Assembly (NCBI GenBank): GCA_963740085.1
Contig: CAVUCU010000001.1
Span: 672,001-736,000, forward strand
Origin: Nitrospirota bacterium
GTDB taxonomy: Bacteria > Nitrospirota > UBA9217
Direction of reading: 5' to 3'
Length of the DNA stretch: 64,000 bases
The position numbers were made by a program, and so were the translations under genes. This document shows, in pieces, positions 21,692 to 31,935 of the stretch (within the stretch, counting starts at the first letter, position 1; every line of letters starts with the position of its first letter). Below the pieces are notes generated by a model. The model ran no database searches, was not told where the DNA came from, and worked only from the letters and a program-made list of their open reading frames with translations.

Positions 21692-23164
21692 TTACCCGAC
21701 CTTCAGCATCTCCGGGTTCGTATGAGGAATGAATACCGCGCCCAGGTACTCCTTCATGAACTCCGGGTCGTCCTGCATGGGTTTGTAGGTGATCTTTTCC
21801 ACGATGGCATCTATTGCATACACCAGTTCGGCGTCAAGAAGCATCATACGCGCACCGGCAAGGGACGAGTTTCCCTGGGCCTTCACAATTTCCGCAGGCC
21901 ACTGCGGAAGCATGCCGATGCCCGCAGCCTTCTTCGCATTGATGCCGGTCCCGAGAGCGCCGGACACATAGACGTTTTTAATGTCTCCGAACGAAATGCC
22001 CACGGAGCGGGTGAGCACAAGAAGCAGCGTGAACATGGCCGCCTTGGATTTCATAAGACTCTGGATCTCGTTCTGGGTGATGGTGAGAGCATCCTGCTTG
22101 TCACAGACGATTGAGAACGTCTTTTCGCCATTAATGATAGTAACGCGCTCCCCGTCGACAAGGGACCCGCTCTGGTCGACCATCCCCGACCGGTAAAGCT
22201 CATAGAGAAGGCTTACCATGCCCGATCCGCAGATCCCCCCGGGCGGGGCCTGGTCAAAGGTCTTGCAGGAGATATTCCCGTCACTGATCTCGACATCATA
22301 GACGATCCCCGTGTCAGCCCGTTTCCCGATCTTCGATATCCCCTCTTCGAGCGCCGGGCCGGCGGCACCGGCCCCCACGATCATCCAGTCCCGGTTCCCG
22401 ATCACGATCTCGGCATTCGTCCCGACGTCGATCAGGATCGAGGTCTTATCCGATAGGGCCATGCCCGAAGCCAGAATGCCGGCGGTAATGTCGCCGCCTA
22501 CATAGCTCCCTGCGTTCGGGAACACGTACACGATGGCCTCCGGGTTGATCGCTATGTTCAGCTCCGTTGCGCGGAAGGATCCCGGGGTGCGTACCACGGG
22601 AGCGAACGGTTCAACCGGTATAGTGGAGATATCAAGACCTAAAAAAAAATGGGTCATTACCGTGTTGCCGGCCACGGTCATGGCATGGATATCCTGGGTA
22701 GCGACCCCCGCTTCCCGGCAAAGATCGAGGATCAGTCCCTTGATCCCGTTCATAAGCACCCGATAGACCTCTTCGCCGTTGCCCGTCATGGTGTGGTGCA
22801 TGCGGGTCATGATGTCGCTGCCAAATATGGTCTGCGGGTTCTCCCTGCTTTTCGTCAGAACATCCTTTTGCGAGACATTGTCGAACAGCAGGGCAACCAG
22901 GTTCGTGGTCCCGAGGTCAAGGGCGACGGAATAAGAACACTCCTTTCCAATATCGATCAGGAGGTAGCCATTCCCGGTCCGCCCGATGATACAGGAGAAC
23001 GCGGACTGTTCCTTGATGACGGGAGGGACCTTTCTTAAAATCGACAACGGAATAGTAAGAGGCCTGAGCCCCAGGGCATCGGTGATCCGCTGATCGTGGG
23101 CGCGGCGGTCGTCATCGGAGGGCTGTAGCGGATGGATGGTCTTCTTGAAAATCAGTGCCGTCAT
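21692..23164 (-). CDS. ASKHA ATPase of the RACo/DUF4445 (corrinoid reductive activator) family
   Basis: DLGTT, NPQ..FGSDI.TR, AGNTVMTH, YVGGDI, DVGTNAE, AAGPALE, GICGSG, GNSSLAGA. Confidence 0.88.
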   Translation of the reverse strand: MTALIFKKTIHPLQPSDDDRRAHDQRITDALGLRPLTIPLSILRKVPPVIKEQSAFSCIIGRTGNGYLLIDIGKECSYSVALDLGTTNLVALLFDNVSQKDVLTKSRENPQTIFGSDIMTRMHHTMTGNGEEVYRVLMNGIKGLILDLCREAGVATQDIHAMTVAGNTVMTHFFLGLDISTIPVEPFAPVVRTPGSFRATELNIAINPEAIVYVFPNAGSYVGGDITAGILASGMALSDKTSILIDVGTNAEIVIGNRDWMIVGAGAAGPALEEGISKIGKRADTGIVYDVEISDGNISCKTFDQAPPGGICGSGMVSLLYELYRSGMVDQSGSLVDGERVTIINGEKTFSIVCDKQDALTITQNEIQSLMKSKAAMFTLLLVLTRSVGISFGDIKNVYVSGALGTGINAKKAAGIGMLPQWPAEIVKAQGNSSLAGARMMLLDAELVYAIDAIVEKITYKPMQDDPEFMKEYLGAVFIPHTNPEMLKVG

Positions 23165-23357
23165 TGCTCCCCTTCGCTCGTCGGGATAATATGGCAACGG
23201 TTTATGAATAACACACTCGGGAGAACGCTGTCAATTGAATGTTTTCGCGGTGCGATGAACATTTCAATTGTTTGCGAATTCATTGGAAATGCAGTATACT
23301 GAAACGCATATACCGTACCGGTAAAATCATTAAAAAAACGCGGGAGGGACCGAAAAC

Positions 23358-24591
23358 ATGTATGCAAGCGGGAACATCACGCGGAACACAGTCGCCATCG
23401 TCCTTGCCGGCGGCAAGGGCGAGCGTCTCAGTCCCATCACGATCGGCAGGCCGAAGCCCGCAGTCCCCTTTGGCGGGAAATACAAGATCATCGACTTTGT
23501 CCTGAGCAACATGTTCAATTCCGGCATCAGGCAGACCTATGTCCTGACCCAGTATCATGCCTACTCGCTCAGCAAGCATATCAAGGACTCCTGGGGCAAA
23601 TGGGTCGGGCTCGGTGAGTTTTATGACAGCATTTCTCCTGAGACAACGAGTATGGGCGAACAGTGGTACAAGGGCACTGCCGACGCCATCTACCAGAACC
23701 TGCAGCTCATCGAAGCATCGGGCGCCGAGTATGTGGTCATCTTCGGCGGCGATCATATCTACAAGATGGACATCTCACAGATGATAATGTATCACCGCAT
23801 GAACAAAGCGGACCTTACCCTTGCGGCCCTTGATGTATCCGTGGAGGATGCGACGCGCTTTGGCATCGTGCGGGTGGACGAAGACCTGCGCGTAAAGTCG
23901 TTCCTGGAAAAACCGGACGATCCTCCCCTTGTCCCGGGAAGAAATACCTGTTTCGCGTCTATGGGCAACTACATCTTCTCCATAAGGAAACTGATCGACG
24001 TCCTGAAAAAGGGAAAGCGCAAGTACGAAGACCTCGATTTTGGACAGCACGTGATCCCGATGATGCTCGAACAGGGAGACAAGGTCTTCGCCTACAGTTT
24101 TTTCGACAATAATATCCCCGGCATGGAGCCGAACGAGCGGGGCTACTGGAAGGACGTGGGCACTCTCGATTCGTACTATGATGCGAACATGGACCTGATC
24201 CACGTCAGCCCCCAGTTAAACCTCTACAACTACAGCTGGCCCATCCTGACCAACCAGGGCAACCTTCCGCCGGCCAAGACCGTGTTCGATGACGACGGCC
24301 GACGCGGGCAGAACCTCGATTCACTCGTCTGCGGAGGCTGCATCACGAGCGGGGCGACGGTGCGGCGGTCCATCCTTGGACCCTCCTGCAAGGTGCACAG
24401 CTATGCCCTGGTCGAGGACTCGATCCTCTTCGAGAACGTGCAGGTCGGAAGGAACGCAAAGATCAGAAAGGCCATTATCGACGATAGCATCATCATACCG
24501 GAAGGGATGGAGATCGGCTTCGACCATGAAGAGGACCGGATGCAGGGGGTGCATCGTCACCGAGTCGGGCATCGTGGTCGTTACAAAGTAA
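23358..24591 (+). CDS. glgC: Glucose-1-phosphate adenylyltransferase; +1 frameshift near the 3' end (24543-24549)
   Basis: LAGGKGERL, KPAVPFGGKY, WYKGTADA, GDHIYKMD, ASMGNY, YWKDVGTLDSY. The typical C-terminus IVTESGIVVVTK* is in the shifted frame ending at 24591. Confidence 0.93.
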
Positions 24592-24609
24592 AGACAGGAG
24601 GCCGGAATG

Positions 24610-24893
24610 CTCTTATTTCTTTGCGCTGAGCGCTTCACTGCGGGAAATCCCGCCAAGGCGAAGAACTGGTCATCAAGTTTGCGAATGGGACCGGTGCGAA
24701 ATTGAAATCTCTCTTGAAAGGATCACGGTTTGCCGGCAGGCTGTCCCAGCGGGTCCTGATCGCCCTCGGGGACCATGCTGCCCGCTGGATGATCGAAAGC
24801 CGGCAGACATCCCGGACCTCAATGCCAAACTATTTGACCTTCGTCCATCGGGAGTTTCTTCAATCTCTCAAACCTGATGCCGCCACCAGGTAA
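24610..24893 (+). pseudogene. 3' remnant of an NMT1/SsuA-like substrate-binding protein gene
   Basis: Fragments AERFTAGNPAKAK / ELVIK... / LSQRVLIALGDHAARWMI...PNYLTFVH..FLQSLKPDA; frameshifted and lacking the N-terminus. Confidence 0.6.
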
Positions 24894-24911
24894 AGTGAGC
24901 TCGGGACACCT

Positions 24912-26420
24912 ATGAAAATTAGGGATAAACTAGTCATTATTGCAGTACTTCCCATCGTATTGGTTCTGAACCTCGGCGCGATCCAGTACCGGAATACCGT
25001 CGTCATCGCGCGTCTGAACGAGAAAGCACGGATCGCCGATGATATCTTCAAGAAGCTGTCATTGCTCAACCGGCTGACCCTTGAACGCAACATATATAAC
25101 GAGGAACGCATCAGCATTCAGTGGGTGGAGTACCATACCGATATCGGGAAACAGCTTGAGACCGCGACACCATTGTTCGGTGACAAAAAAGAGCGGAACA
25201 TCATGGACCTGGTTAAGAGCGGCCACAGAACGCTCGGGACTCTCTTCGGCCAGCTCGACCCTCGCAGTGTCAGCGATGGAGAAAAGAGTACGAGATCCAA
25301 GTCTGCCAATCGCGTAACAAGCCGCCTCCTCCAGGAGATGGAGCTTATCATGGCCGAGGTGGAGCGCTTACACACGATCAACCACGACTCCGCTGTTGAA
25401 TATGCACAGCGGCAAAGCCGGCTCTTCACGGTGTTCCTTGTCGCTCTTGCACTGGCGGTTCCCTCGACGGCATTTTTTGTCATAAGAGCTTTTTCGCGGT
25501 CGCTTGCAGCCTTGCAAGCAGGCATGCAGGCCGTTGCCGCCGGCAACCTCGAATACCGGATCAATTCGACCGCCCGCGACGAGGTCGGCGACGTGTCCCG
25601 CGCCTTCGACATAATGGCGGAACAGCGGCTCAAGGCGAAACAGGCGCAGCAGGACTCCGAACGAATACTCGTCCACCAGTCCAGGCTGGCAGCCATGGGC
25701 GAGATGATCGGCGCCATCGCTCACCAGTGGCGGCAGCCGTTGAACGCTGTCAATGCCATTATCCAGGACCTGAAGGACGCCTTTGCATACGGCGTCCTCG
25801 ACCGCAATTACCTTGACCGTTCGGTAAAGGACGCCATGCAGCAGGTCCAGTTCATGTCGAAAACGATCGACGACTTCCGGAACTTCTTCCATCCCGATAA
25901 AACAAAGAAGCCTTTTGACGTGAAGGAGGCCGCGGGAGATGTGTTGACCATGGTTTCTTCTCAGCTTGCCTCTCACGGGATATCGTATCGCATCACCTGC
26001 CACGTCCATAATCGTACCTTCGAGGACTTCAACTCCCCCGTCATTCCCTGCGGAGAGATGAAGCTACTCGGATATGAGAACGAGATGAAGCAGGTATTCC
26101 TGAATCTTGTCAACAACGCGAAGGATGCGATTTTGGGGTGCCGGGAGCATGGTCTGATGGGCCCGGGGGTGAAGGGGCTGATCACCGTTGATTTCGAACA
26201 TCCCGGAGAGCGGGTCGTGATCAGGGTGACGGACAACGGCGGGGGTATTTCTGCCGATATCCTTGATAGGATCTTTGAACCCTATTTCTCGACAAAGGAA
26301 CCGGGCCGTGGTACAGGGATAGGGCTGTACATGTCGAAGATGATTATTGAAAATAATATGGGCGGCCGGCTGACTGCCCGTAACGTGGACGGCGGGGCCG
26401 AGTTCAGGATCGAGGTGTGA
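24912..26420 (+). CDS. Sensor histidine kinase (2TM-HAMP-HisKA-HATPase)
   Basis: GEMIGAIAHQWRQPL, NLVNNAKDA, DNGGG, FEPYFSTK, GTGIGL. Confidence 0.92.
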   Translation: MKIRDKLVIIAVLPIVLVLNLGAIQYRNTVVIARLNEKARIADDIFKKLSLLNRLTLERNIYNEERISIQWVEYHTDIGKQLETATPLFGDKKERNIMDLVKSGHRTLGTLFGQLDPRSVSDGEKSTRSKSANRVTSRLLQEMELIMAEVERLHTINHDSAVEYAQRQSRLFTVFLVALALAVPSTAFFVIRAFSRSLAALQAGMQAVAAGNLEYRINSTARDEVGDVSRAFDIMAEQRLKAKQAQQDSERILVHQSRLAAMGEMIGAIAHQWRQPLNAVNAIIQDLKDAFAYGVLDRNYLDRSVKDAMQQVQFMSKTIDDFRNFFHPDKTKKPFDVKEAAGDVLTMVSSQLASHGISYRITCHVHNRTFEDFNSPVIPCGEMKLLGYENEMKQVFLNLVNNAKDAILGCREHGLMGPGVKGLITVDFEHPGERVVIRVTDNGGGISADILDRIFEPYFSTKEPGRGTGIGLYMSKMIIENNMGGRLTARNVDGGAEFRIEV

Positions 26421-26421
26421 G

Positions 26422-27078
26422 ATGGAGTTCGCGAATAAGCTGAGCGTAGCGGTGCTCTACGTAGAGGATGAAGAGTTGACCAGGTCCGCGGTAAGCGCAG
26501 CGCTCGGCAGAAGAGTGCAGACCCTTCTGCAGGCGGAACAGGGAAGACAAGGACTGGAGCTCTTTCGTCTGCACCGGCCAGGCATCGTCATCACCGACAT
26601 CCGGATGCCGGTCATGGACGGGCTCACGATGGTCCGGGAGATAAAAGCGCTGGACGATAAAACGCAGATCCTCATAACCACCGCCCATAACGATACTCAA
26701 TATTTTCTGGATGCCCTTGACCTCGGTATCGACCACTATGTGCTCAAGCCCATAGACCACGAGAAGCTCTTCTCAGGCCTGGAGAAGTGCATGGCAACGA
26801 TCAACAGTGAAAAAGAGAAGCAGCGGCACCAGCAGGAGCGCGATAACCTTATTGCCAAGCTGCAAGAGGCCCTTGCTACGATCAAGACCCTGCATGGCAT
26901 ACTGCCTATCTGTTCCTCCTGCAAAAAGATCCGCGACGATAAAGGCTTCTGGACACGGATAGAAGCATATATCAGCGAACACACGGATGCCGAGTTCAGC
27001 CACGGAATCTGTTCGGAATGCGCCGAGAAATTATATCCCGATTATTTTAGGAGGAAAAGGGATAGAGCCGGAAAATAA
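26422..27078 (+). CDS. Response regulator with C-terminal Cys-rich domain
   Basis: LYVEDE, ITDIRMP, LKP; coiled coil; LPICSSCKKIRDD...FSHGICSEC. Confidence 0.88.
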   Translation: MEFANKLSVAVLYVEDEELTRSAVSAALGRRVQTLLQAEQGRQGLELFRLHRPGIVITDIRMPVMDGLTMVREIKALDDKTQILITTAHNDTQYFLDALDLGIDHYVLKPIDHEKLFSGLEKCMATINSEKEKQRHQQERDNLIAKLQEALATIKTLHGILPICSSCKKIRDDKGFWTRIEAYISEHTDAEFSHGICSECAEKLYPDYFRRKRDRAGK

Positions 27079-27198
27079 CCGGACGACGGCCCCTCCTACC
27101 GATGACAGCCTAATTCTGATTTCAGGCGATATGCATCTTTGCTTTCAGAATGAGTATCTTTTGATGCCTTTTTCTGTTCATAGGGGATTAAAGGCATA

Positions 27199-27418
27199 AT
27201 GAGCGACGAGGAAAAAACAAAACAGCACCTGCTCAATGAATTGGCGGAAATGCGTCGGCGAATAGACTGAATATGAAGCATCAGGAACAGATTGTCGGCA
27301 CACAGAACAGGAACTGCTATTACACCGCCAACAGCTCCAGAAACTGGTTGATGATCGAACGTCAAAACTCATGTTGTTCTCCCGGGCCTTCGAGGAGGCC
27401 ATGGACTCCTTGTGCTGA
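27199..27418 (+). pseudogene. Truncated N-terminus of a PAS-type sensor protein, with a frameshift at about 27266
   Basis: MSDEEKTKQHLLNELAEMRRRI + shifted EYEASG...ELLLHRQQLQKLVDDRTSKLMLFSRAFEEAMDSLC*, typical of the coiled-coil leader of PAS kinases. Confidence 0.55.
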
Positions 27419-27496
27419 GCTTTATCATCCTTTCCGGCAACATGCGCCTGAGACAGGAAAGTCTGCGTTCAGCGGGGCTTGTCCTGATCGGCTGCT

Positions 27497-29431
27497 TTAC
27501 TTCTTGAACACCACCATACCCAGCGGCGGGATGGTGACCAACAGCGAATGCCCCCGGTGGTGGCACGGTTCCGCCGCGGCCTCAAGTCCGCCGAAATTCC
27601 CGAAACCGTTCCCGCCGTACTCCCCGGCATCGCTGTTCAACACCTCTTTCCAGAACCCGCCTTCGGGAACGCCGACCCGATAGCCAACGCGCGGCACCGG
27701 CGTGAAGTTGAACACCACGAGGAGCAGGTCGCTGCCCGACCTTGATTTTCTCAGATAACTTATGACGCACGCGTCCTGATCGCTGAAATCGACCCATTCG
27801 AACCCCGAGTTCTCGAAATCGAGCTCATACAGCGCGGGTTCATTCCGATACAGGTGATTCAGATCCCTGACCCATTTCCAGACGCCGTAATGGGACTGAT
27901 ACTGCAGGAGATGCCATTCGATGCTCTGCTCATGGTTCCACTCGGCCCATTGGCCTATCTCGTTGCCCATGAAGAGAAGCTTCTTGCCCGGATGCGTATA
28001 GAGGTAGCCGAAGAGAAGCCGCAAGTTCGCCATTTTCTGCAGACCGCTTCCCGGCATCTTGCCCGCGAGGGCGCCTTTTCCGTGTACCACCTCGTCATGC
28101 GACAGGGGAAGCATGAAGTTCTCAAAAAAAGCGTACCATATGCTGAAGGTGATGTCGTTGTAGTGGTACTTGCGGAAGACCGGGTCCACGGAAAAATAAT
28201 CGAGTGCGTCATGCATCCATCCCATGTTCCACTTCATACCGAAGCCCAGCCCGCCGACGTGAATAGGCCGCGAGACCATGGGCCAGGAAGTCGATTCCTC
28301 GGCGATCGTCTGAACATCGGGGAAGGCGCGGTATACCTCTCGGTTCAGGCTCTTGAGAAAATCGATGGCATCAAGGTTCTCCCTGCCGCCGAACTGGTTC
28401 GGGATCCACTCACCGTCCTTGCGGGCATAATCGAGGTAGAGCATTGACGCCACCGCATCGATCCGGAGACCGTCGGCGTGGTATTTATCAAGCCAGAAAA
28501 GCGCGCTGCTGATCAGAAAGTTCCGCACCTCGTACCGGCCGAGGTTAAAGATGTAGCTCTTCCATTCGGGGTGAAAGCCCTTCCTCGGGTCCTCGTGCTC
28601 ATAGAGGTGCGTGCCGTCAAAATACACAAGACCGTGTGCATCATCGGGGAAGTGCGACGGTACCCAGTCAAGGACCACGCCAATCCCCTCCTGGTGCAGC
28701 CGGTCGATCAAGTACATAAAGTCCTGAGGCGTGCCGTAGCGGCTCGTGGGCGCAAAGTAGCCCGTGACCTGGTATCCCCAGGAGCCGTAAAAAGGGTGCT
28801 CCATCACGGGCATGAACTCCACGTGCGTGAATCCCATGTCCTTGAGATACTCAGGGAGATAGTCGGCCAGTTCCCGGTAGGTGAGCGAACGGTTGTGCTC
28901 CTCCGGCACCCTGCGCCATGAACCGATATGGAGTTCATAGACTGACCACGGGGCATTGAGCGAGTTCTTCGCATGCCGGTCCTTCATCCATGGCGTATCT
29001 CCCCAGGTATACGCGAGGTCCCAGACCATCGAGGATGTTCGGGGCGGCGTCTCCCACGATATTGCAAAGGGATCGCCCTTGTCGGCCTGGTGCTGGTCAT
29101 GCAGGGAAATAATATGATACTTGTACAGCGAACCATTCAAGACGCCGGGTATGAACCCTTCCCAGATTCCCGACCCATCGTCGCGGACCGCAAGAGGATG
29201 GCTGTCGTTGTTCCATGCATTGAAATCTCCGATCACCGAGACCTTGGCCGCGTTCGGAGCCCACACCGCAAAGAGCGTGCCTTTTGCGCCGTCAATGGTC
29301 ATGAGGTGGGAACCGAGCTTTTCGTAGAGGCCGAAATGGTTCCCTTCCTTAAAAAGATAGATGTCGTGGCCCGTAAGCAGGCTCACCCCGAGGATCACAC
29401 TGCTCTTCTTTTTAACCCTGTTAGCGCTCAT
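27497..29431 (-). CDS. glgB: 1,4-alpha-glucan branching enzyme
   Basis: VWAPNA, YELHIGSW, SWGYQ, DWVPSHF, DGLRIDAVASMLY, AEES, LSHDEVVHGK. Confidence 0.97.
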   Translation of the reverse strand: MSANRVKKKSSVILGVSLLTGHDIYLFKEGNHFGLYEKLGSHLMTIDGAKGTLFAVWAPNAAKVSVIGDFNAWNNDSHPLAVRDDGSGIWEGFIPGVLNGSLYKYHIISLHDQHQADKGDPFAISWETPPRTSSMVWDLAYTWGDTPWMKDRHAKNSLNAPWSVYELHIGSWRRVPEEHNRSLTYRELADYLPEYLKDMGFTHVEFMPVMEHPFYGSWGYQVTGYFAPTSRYGTPQDFMYLIDRLHQEGIGVVLDWVPSHFPDDAHGLVYFDGTHLYEHEDPRKGFHPEWKSYIFNLGRYEVRNFLISSALFWLDKYHADGLRIDAVASMLYLDYARKDGEWIPNQFGGRENLDAIDFLKSLNREVYRAFPDVQTIAEESTSWPMVSRPIHVGGLGFGMKWNMGWMHDALDYFSVDPVFRKYHYNDITFSIWYAFFENFMLPLSHDEVVHGKGALAGKMPGSGLQKMANLRLLFGYLYTHPGKKLLFMGNEIGQWAEWNHEQSIEWHLLQYQSHYGVWKWVRDLNHLYRNEPALYELDFENSGFEWVDFSDQDACVISYLRKSRSGSDLLLVVFNFTPVPRVGYRVGVPEGGFWKEVLNSDAGEYGGNGFGNFGGLEAAAEPCHHRGHSLLVTIPPLGMVVFKK

Positions 29432-29612
29432 GCCGCATCCTCCGATTGTTCCAATGAAAAGTATAGCATAGAAGGCAGTTTGGTAGCTATCAATATCCGC
29501 CTGGTTACGACCCGAGACTCAATATCGTTACGGAATTTGACACTCGATATACTTTATGCTACGTTTAAATCAGAGACACACAAATGCAGAATACACCGCG
29601 GTGGAGGACATT

Positions 29613-30146
29613 ATGAAAATTCCTTTACAGATCACCTTTCGAAACATGCCGCATTCCGATGCTATTGAGGCAAAAATCACTGAGAAGGTCGCCAAATTGG
29701 ACAGATATTACGACAGGATCATGAGTTGCCGGGTCGTGGTCGAAGAATCACAGCGCCGGCAGCATCAGGGCAAAATTTTCAGCGTTCATGTCGACATTAC
29801 TGCACCCGGCAAGGAGCTGGCCGTGACCCGCGAAGAGAATGAAGATCCCTATGTCGCCGTCCGTGACGCCTTCAACACCGCCGCCAGATGGCTTGAGGAG
29901 CATGCCCGTCGGATGCGGGGTGAGGTGAAGACCCATGAGGAGCCGCCGGCGGGCCTCATCATCAGGATCATCCCCGACCAGTCTCACGGCTTCATCATCA
30001 CGCCGGATCATCGCGAGATCTATTTTCACCGCAATAGTGTTCTCAATGATGACTTCAATCAGTTGAAATTAGGGGTTGCAGTGACGTTCATCGAGGAGCA
30101 GGGGAAGGAAGGTCCCCAGGCAGCGCGCGTAGCGATCATCAGATGA
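29613..30146 (+). CDS. HPF/RaiA ribosome-associated protein fused to a cold-shock domain
   Basis: PLQITFRNM..SDAIE...CRVVVE...DPYVAVRDAF; C-terminal HGFI...EIYFHRNSV...GPQA. Confidence 0.88.
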   Translation: MKIPLQITFRNMPHSDAIEAKITEKVAKLDRYYDRIMSCRVVVEESQRRQHQGKIFSVHVDITAPGKELAVTREENEDPYVAVRDAFNTAARWLEEHARRMRGEVKTHEEPPAGLIIRIIPDQSHGFIITPDHREIYFHRNSVLNDDFNQLKLGVAVTFIEEQGKEGPQAARVAIIR

Positions 30147-30256
30147 AATGAATATCTTCCGAGCCGGACACCCCTGAAGGCGGTAAGCTCAATTTATTGG
30201 CCGCGACGACACGCGCAATTTCTGCTGATGCAAGACGTGGAAGCAAATGCGCGCTG

Positions 30257-31168
30257 TCACTTCTGACGTGATTTCCCTATCAAGACAGAGCCTTTAGAAT
30301 GGGTAAGGATATTCCTTGATACGCTTCCCAGCATTCCTTTTATTCCCCTGAAACCCCTGTTGCCTACGGCGATAAGGTCGGCCTTCACCGTATCCGCGAT
30401 TTTCATTATTTCCGTCGATGGATCTCCAACCTTTGAAAGGACCTGGATCTTTTTGAATCGTTTCCGCAAATCGTCTCTGGCTTGTTCGATTATTTTCTCT
30501 GATTGCGATAATTCGATCGCTCGTGCGCCGGCCACGACCTCCTTGATCCGTTCATTTATTTCAAGCACGAACCGTTCCGGGATGTCGGAGAAACCCGACT
30601 CAACGATATTCACAATGGTGACTTCTGCCTCATCGGAGAAAGGAATGGAAGACAAGAACTCCCCCGTGGCCCGGGAAACGTCGGAGCCGTCAGTGGCAAA
30701 AAGGATCTTCACCGGACGAGAGGGCGCCCCTGACGCCGGTTTGACGGCCATCACCGGTTTCAATGCATTGATCGCAACCAGCCTCGTTACGCTTCCGATC
30801 AAAACCGACGCGATTCCCTTTATTCCCCGGGCCCCCATAACGATAAGGTCCGAGCCGGATGATTCGGCCGCATTGATGATGCATTGTTCCGGAGTACATC
30901 GGATAGGCGAACTTTCCTCGATCTCAACACTGATGCTTGCTTGAACCGGCTTGAGAACGGCCACCGCTGAATCAAGGATCCGGGGTGCGATCTCCGTTTT
31001 TATTGCTCTGAGCGTACTAAGATGAAACGCATGATCATCTTGAAACGGGATCTCGTAAATAGCATGAAAAACGGTTATTGCGTCGTCCCGTGACCACTGC
31101 ACGCGGGTCAGGAATTCAGCCGCATGTTCCGAATATTCGGAGCCATCTGTTGCAAATAATATTTTCAT
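30257..31168 (-). CDS. Tandem universal stress protein
   Basis: Two KILFATDGS...DLIV/AVGxRG...GSV repeats. Confidence 0.92.
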   Translation of the reverse strand: MKILFATDGSEYSEHAAEFLTRVQWSRDDAITVFHAIYEIPFQDDHAFHLSTLRAIKTEIAPRILDSAVAVLKPVQASISVEIEESSPIRCTPEQCIINAAESSGSDLIVMGARGIKGIASVLIGSVTRLVAINALKPVMAVKPASGAPSRPVKILFATDGSDVSRATGEFLSSIPFSDEAEVTIVNIVESGFSDIPERFVLEINERIKEVVAGARAIELSQSEKIIEQARDDLRKRFKKIQVLSKVGDPSTEIMKIADTVKADLIAVGNRGFRGIKGMLGSVSRNILTHSKGSVLIGKSRQK

Positions 31169-31549
31169 GTCGCCTCCCCGCGATCATCGAATATTACTGT
31201 ACTGCAGACTTTTCTTACTTCCGGAGCATGGAATGAAAGCTTCACTTCAGGCAGAACTCTCTGTTCTATTTGTCGATACTAGTATGATAGCATATTTCAT
31301 CCAAGAGAGTGCCCCAATCTCGGCCTTTTACAGAAGGGAAAACGGCAGATATCCACTTGCTGTACGGATAGCCTGAAAGACGATCTCTCACCGAGATAAC
31401 AGGTATGTCGCGGTCCTTTCAGAACGCGGGTCGTTCTTCAGGACCCCCGGGCGTCGGCCGGTGAATATGCGTCTTTCTCCAAATCGGCTTCTCGTCCCCT
31501 TTCTCCCGTCATGTTTTTATGTCCTGAGCAGTCACCTTCAGACGGATAA

Positions 31550-31575
31550 TTGATCAGGATCATGATATAGGTCAT
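31550..31575. promoter_or_regulatory. Two overlapping FNR/CRP-family (DNR/HcpR-like) boxes
   Basis: TTGAT-N4-ATCAT (31550-31563) and ATGAT-N4-GTCAT (31562-31575), upstream of the DUF2249 gene. Confidence 0.55.
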
Positions 31576-31645
31576 AGCAAACCCCGGACTTTTATCGTAG
31601 ATTACTATCGTAGAAATGTGGTTGAAATAAAAAAGGAGGTGTATT

Positions 31646-31873
31646 ATGGTGTTAAAAGAGTTGGACGTAACAACGATCATACCCCGGGACCGGCATCCCC
31701 TGATCTTTCGGACCTTCGATGAACTCGAGAAGGGTGCGGCATTCCTTCTCGCGAATGACCATGACCCCAAGCCGCTCTACTATTCATTCCTGCATGAGCG
31801 GGAAGGGCTCTTCGGCTGGGAGTACCTGGAAGAGGGACCCGTAACCTGGAAGGTCAGGATCTCTAAAAAGTGA
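31646..31873 (+). CDS. DUF2249-family small protein
   Basis: LDV..I.PRDRHPLIF..FD.L..G..F.L.NDHDPKPL...WEYLEEGP..W.V.I; AGGAGG RBS. Confidence 0.88.
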   Translation: MVLKELDVTTIIPRDRHPLIFRTFDELEKGAAFLLANDHDPKPLYYSFLHEREGLFGWEYLEEGPVTWKVRISKK

Positions 31874-31935
31874 GCGCGAACAGCCGGGGGTTCTTCCCTC
31901 CGGCATCAATGCACCGATGAAAGGGCAATCACCAA

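Noticed and set aside
31169-31549. Long intergenic gaps (also 32846-33125 and 37103-37482) as tRNA or ncRNA loci
   Set aside because: No cloverleaf, T-loop or known ncRNA motif recognised; a covariance search would be needed.
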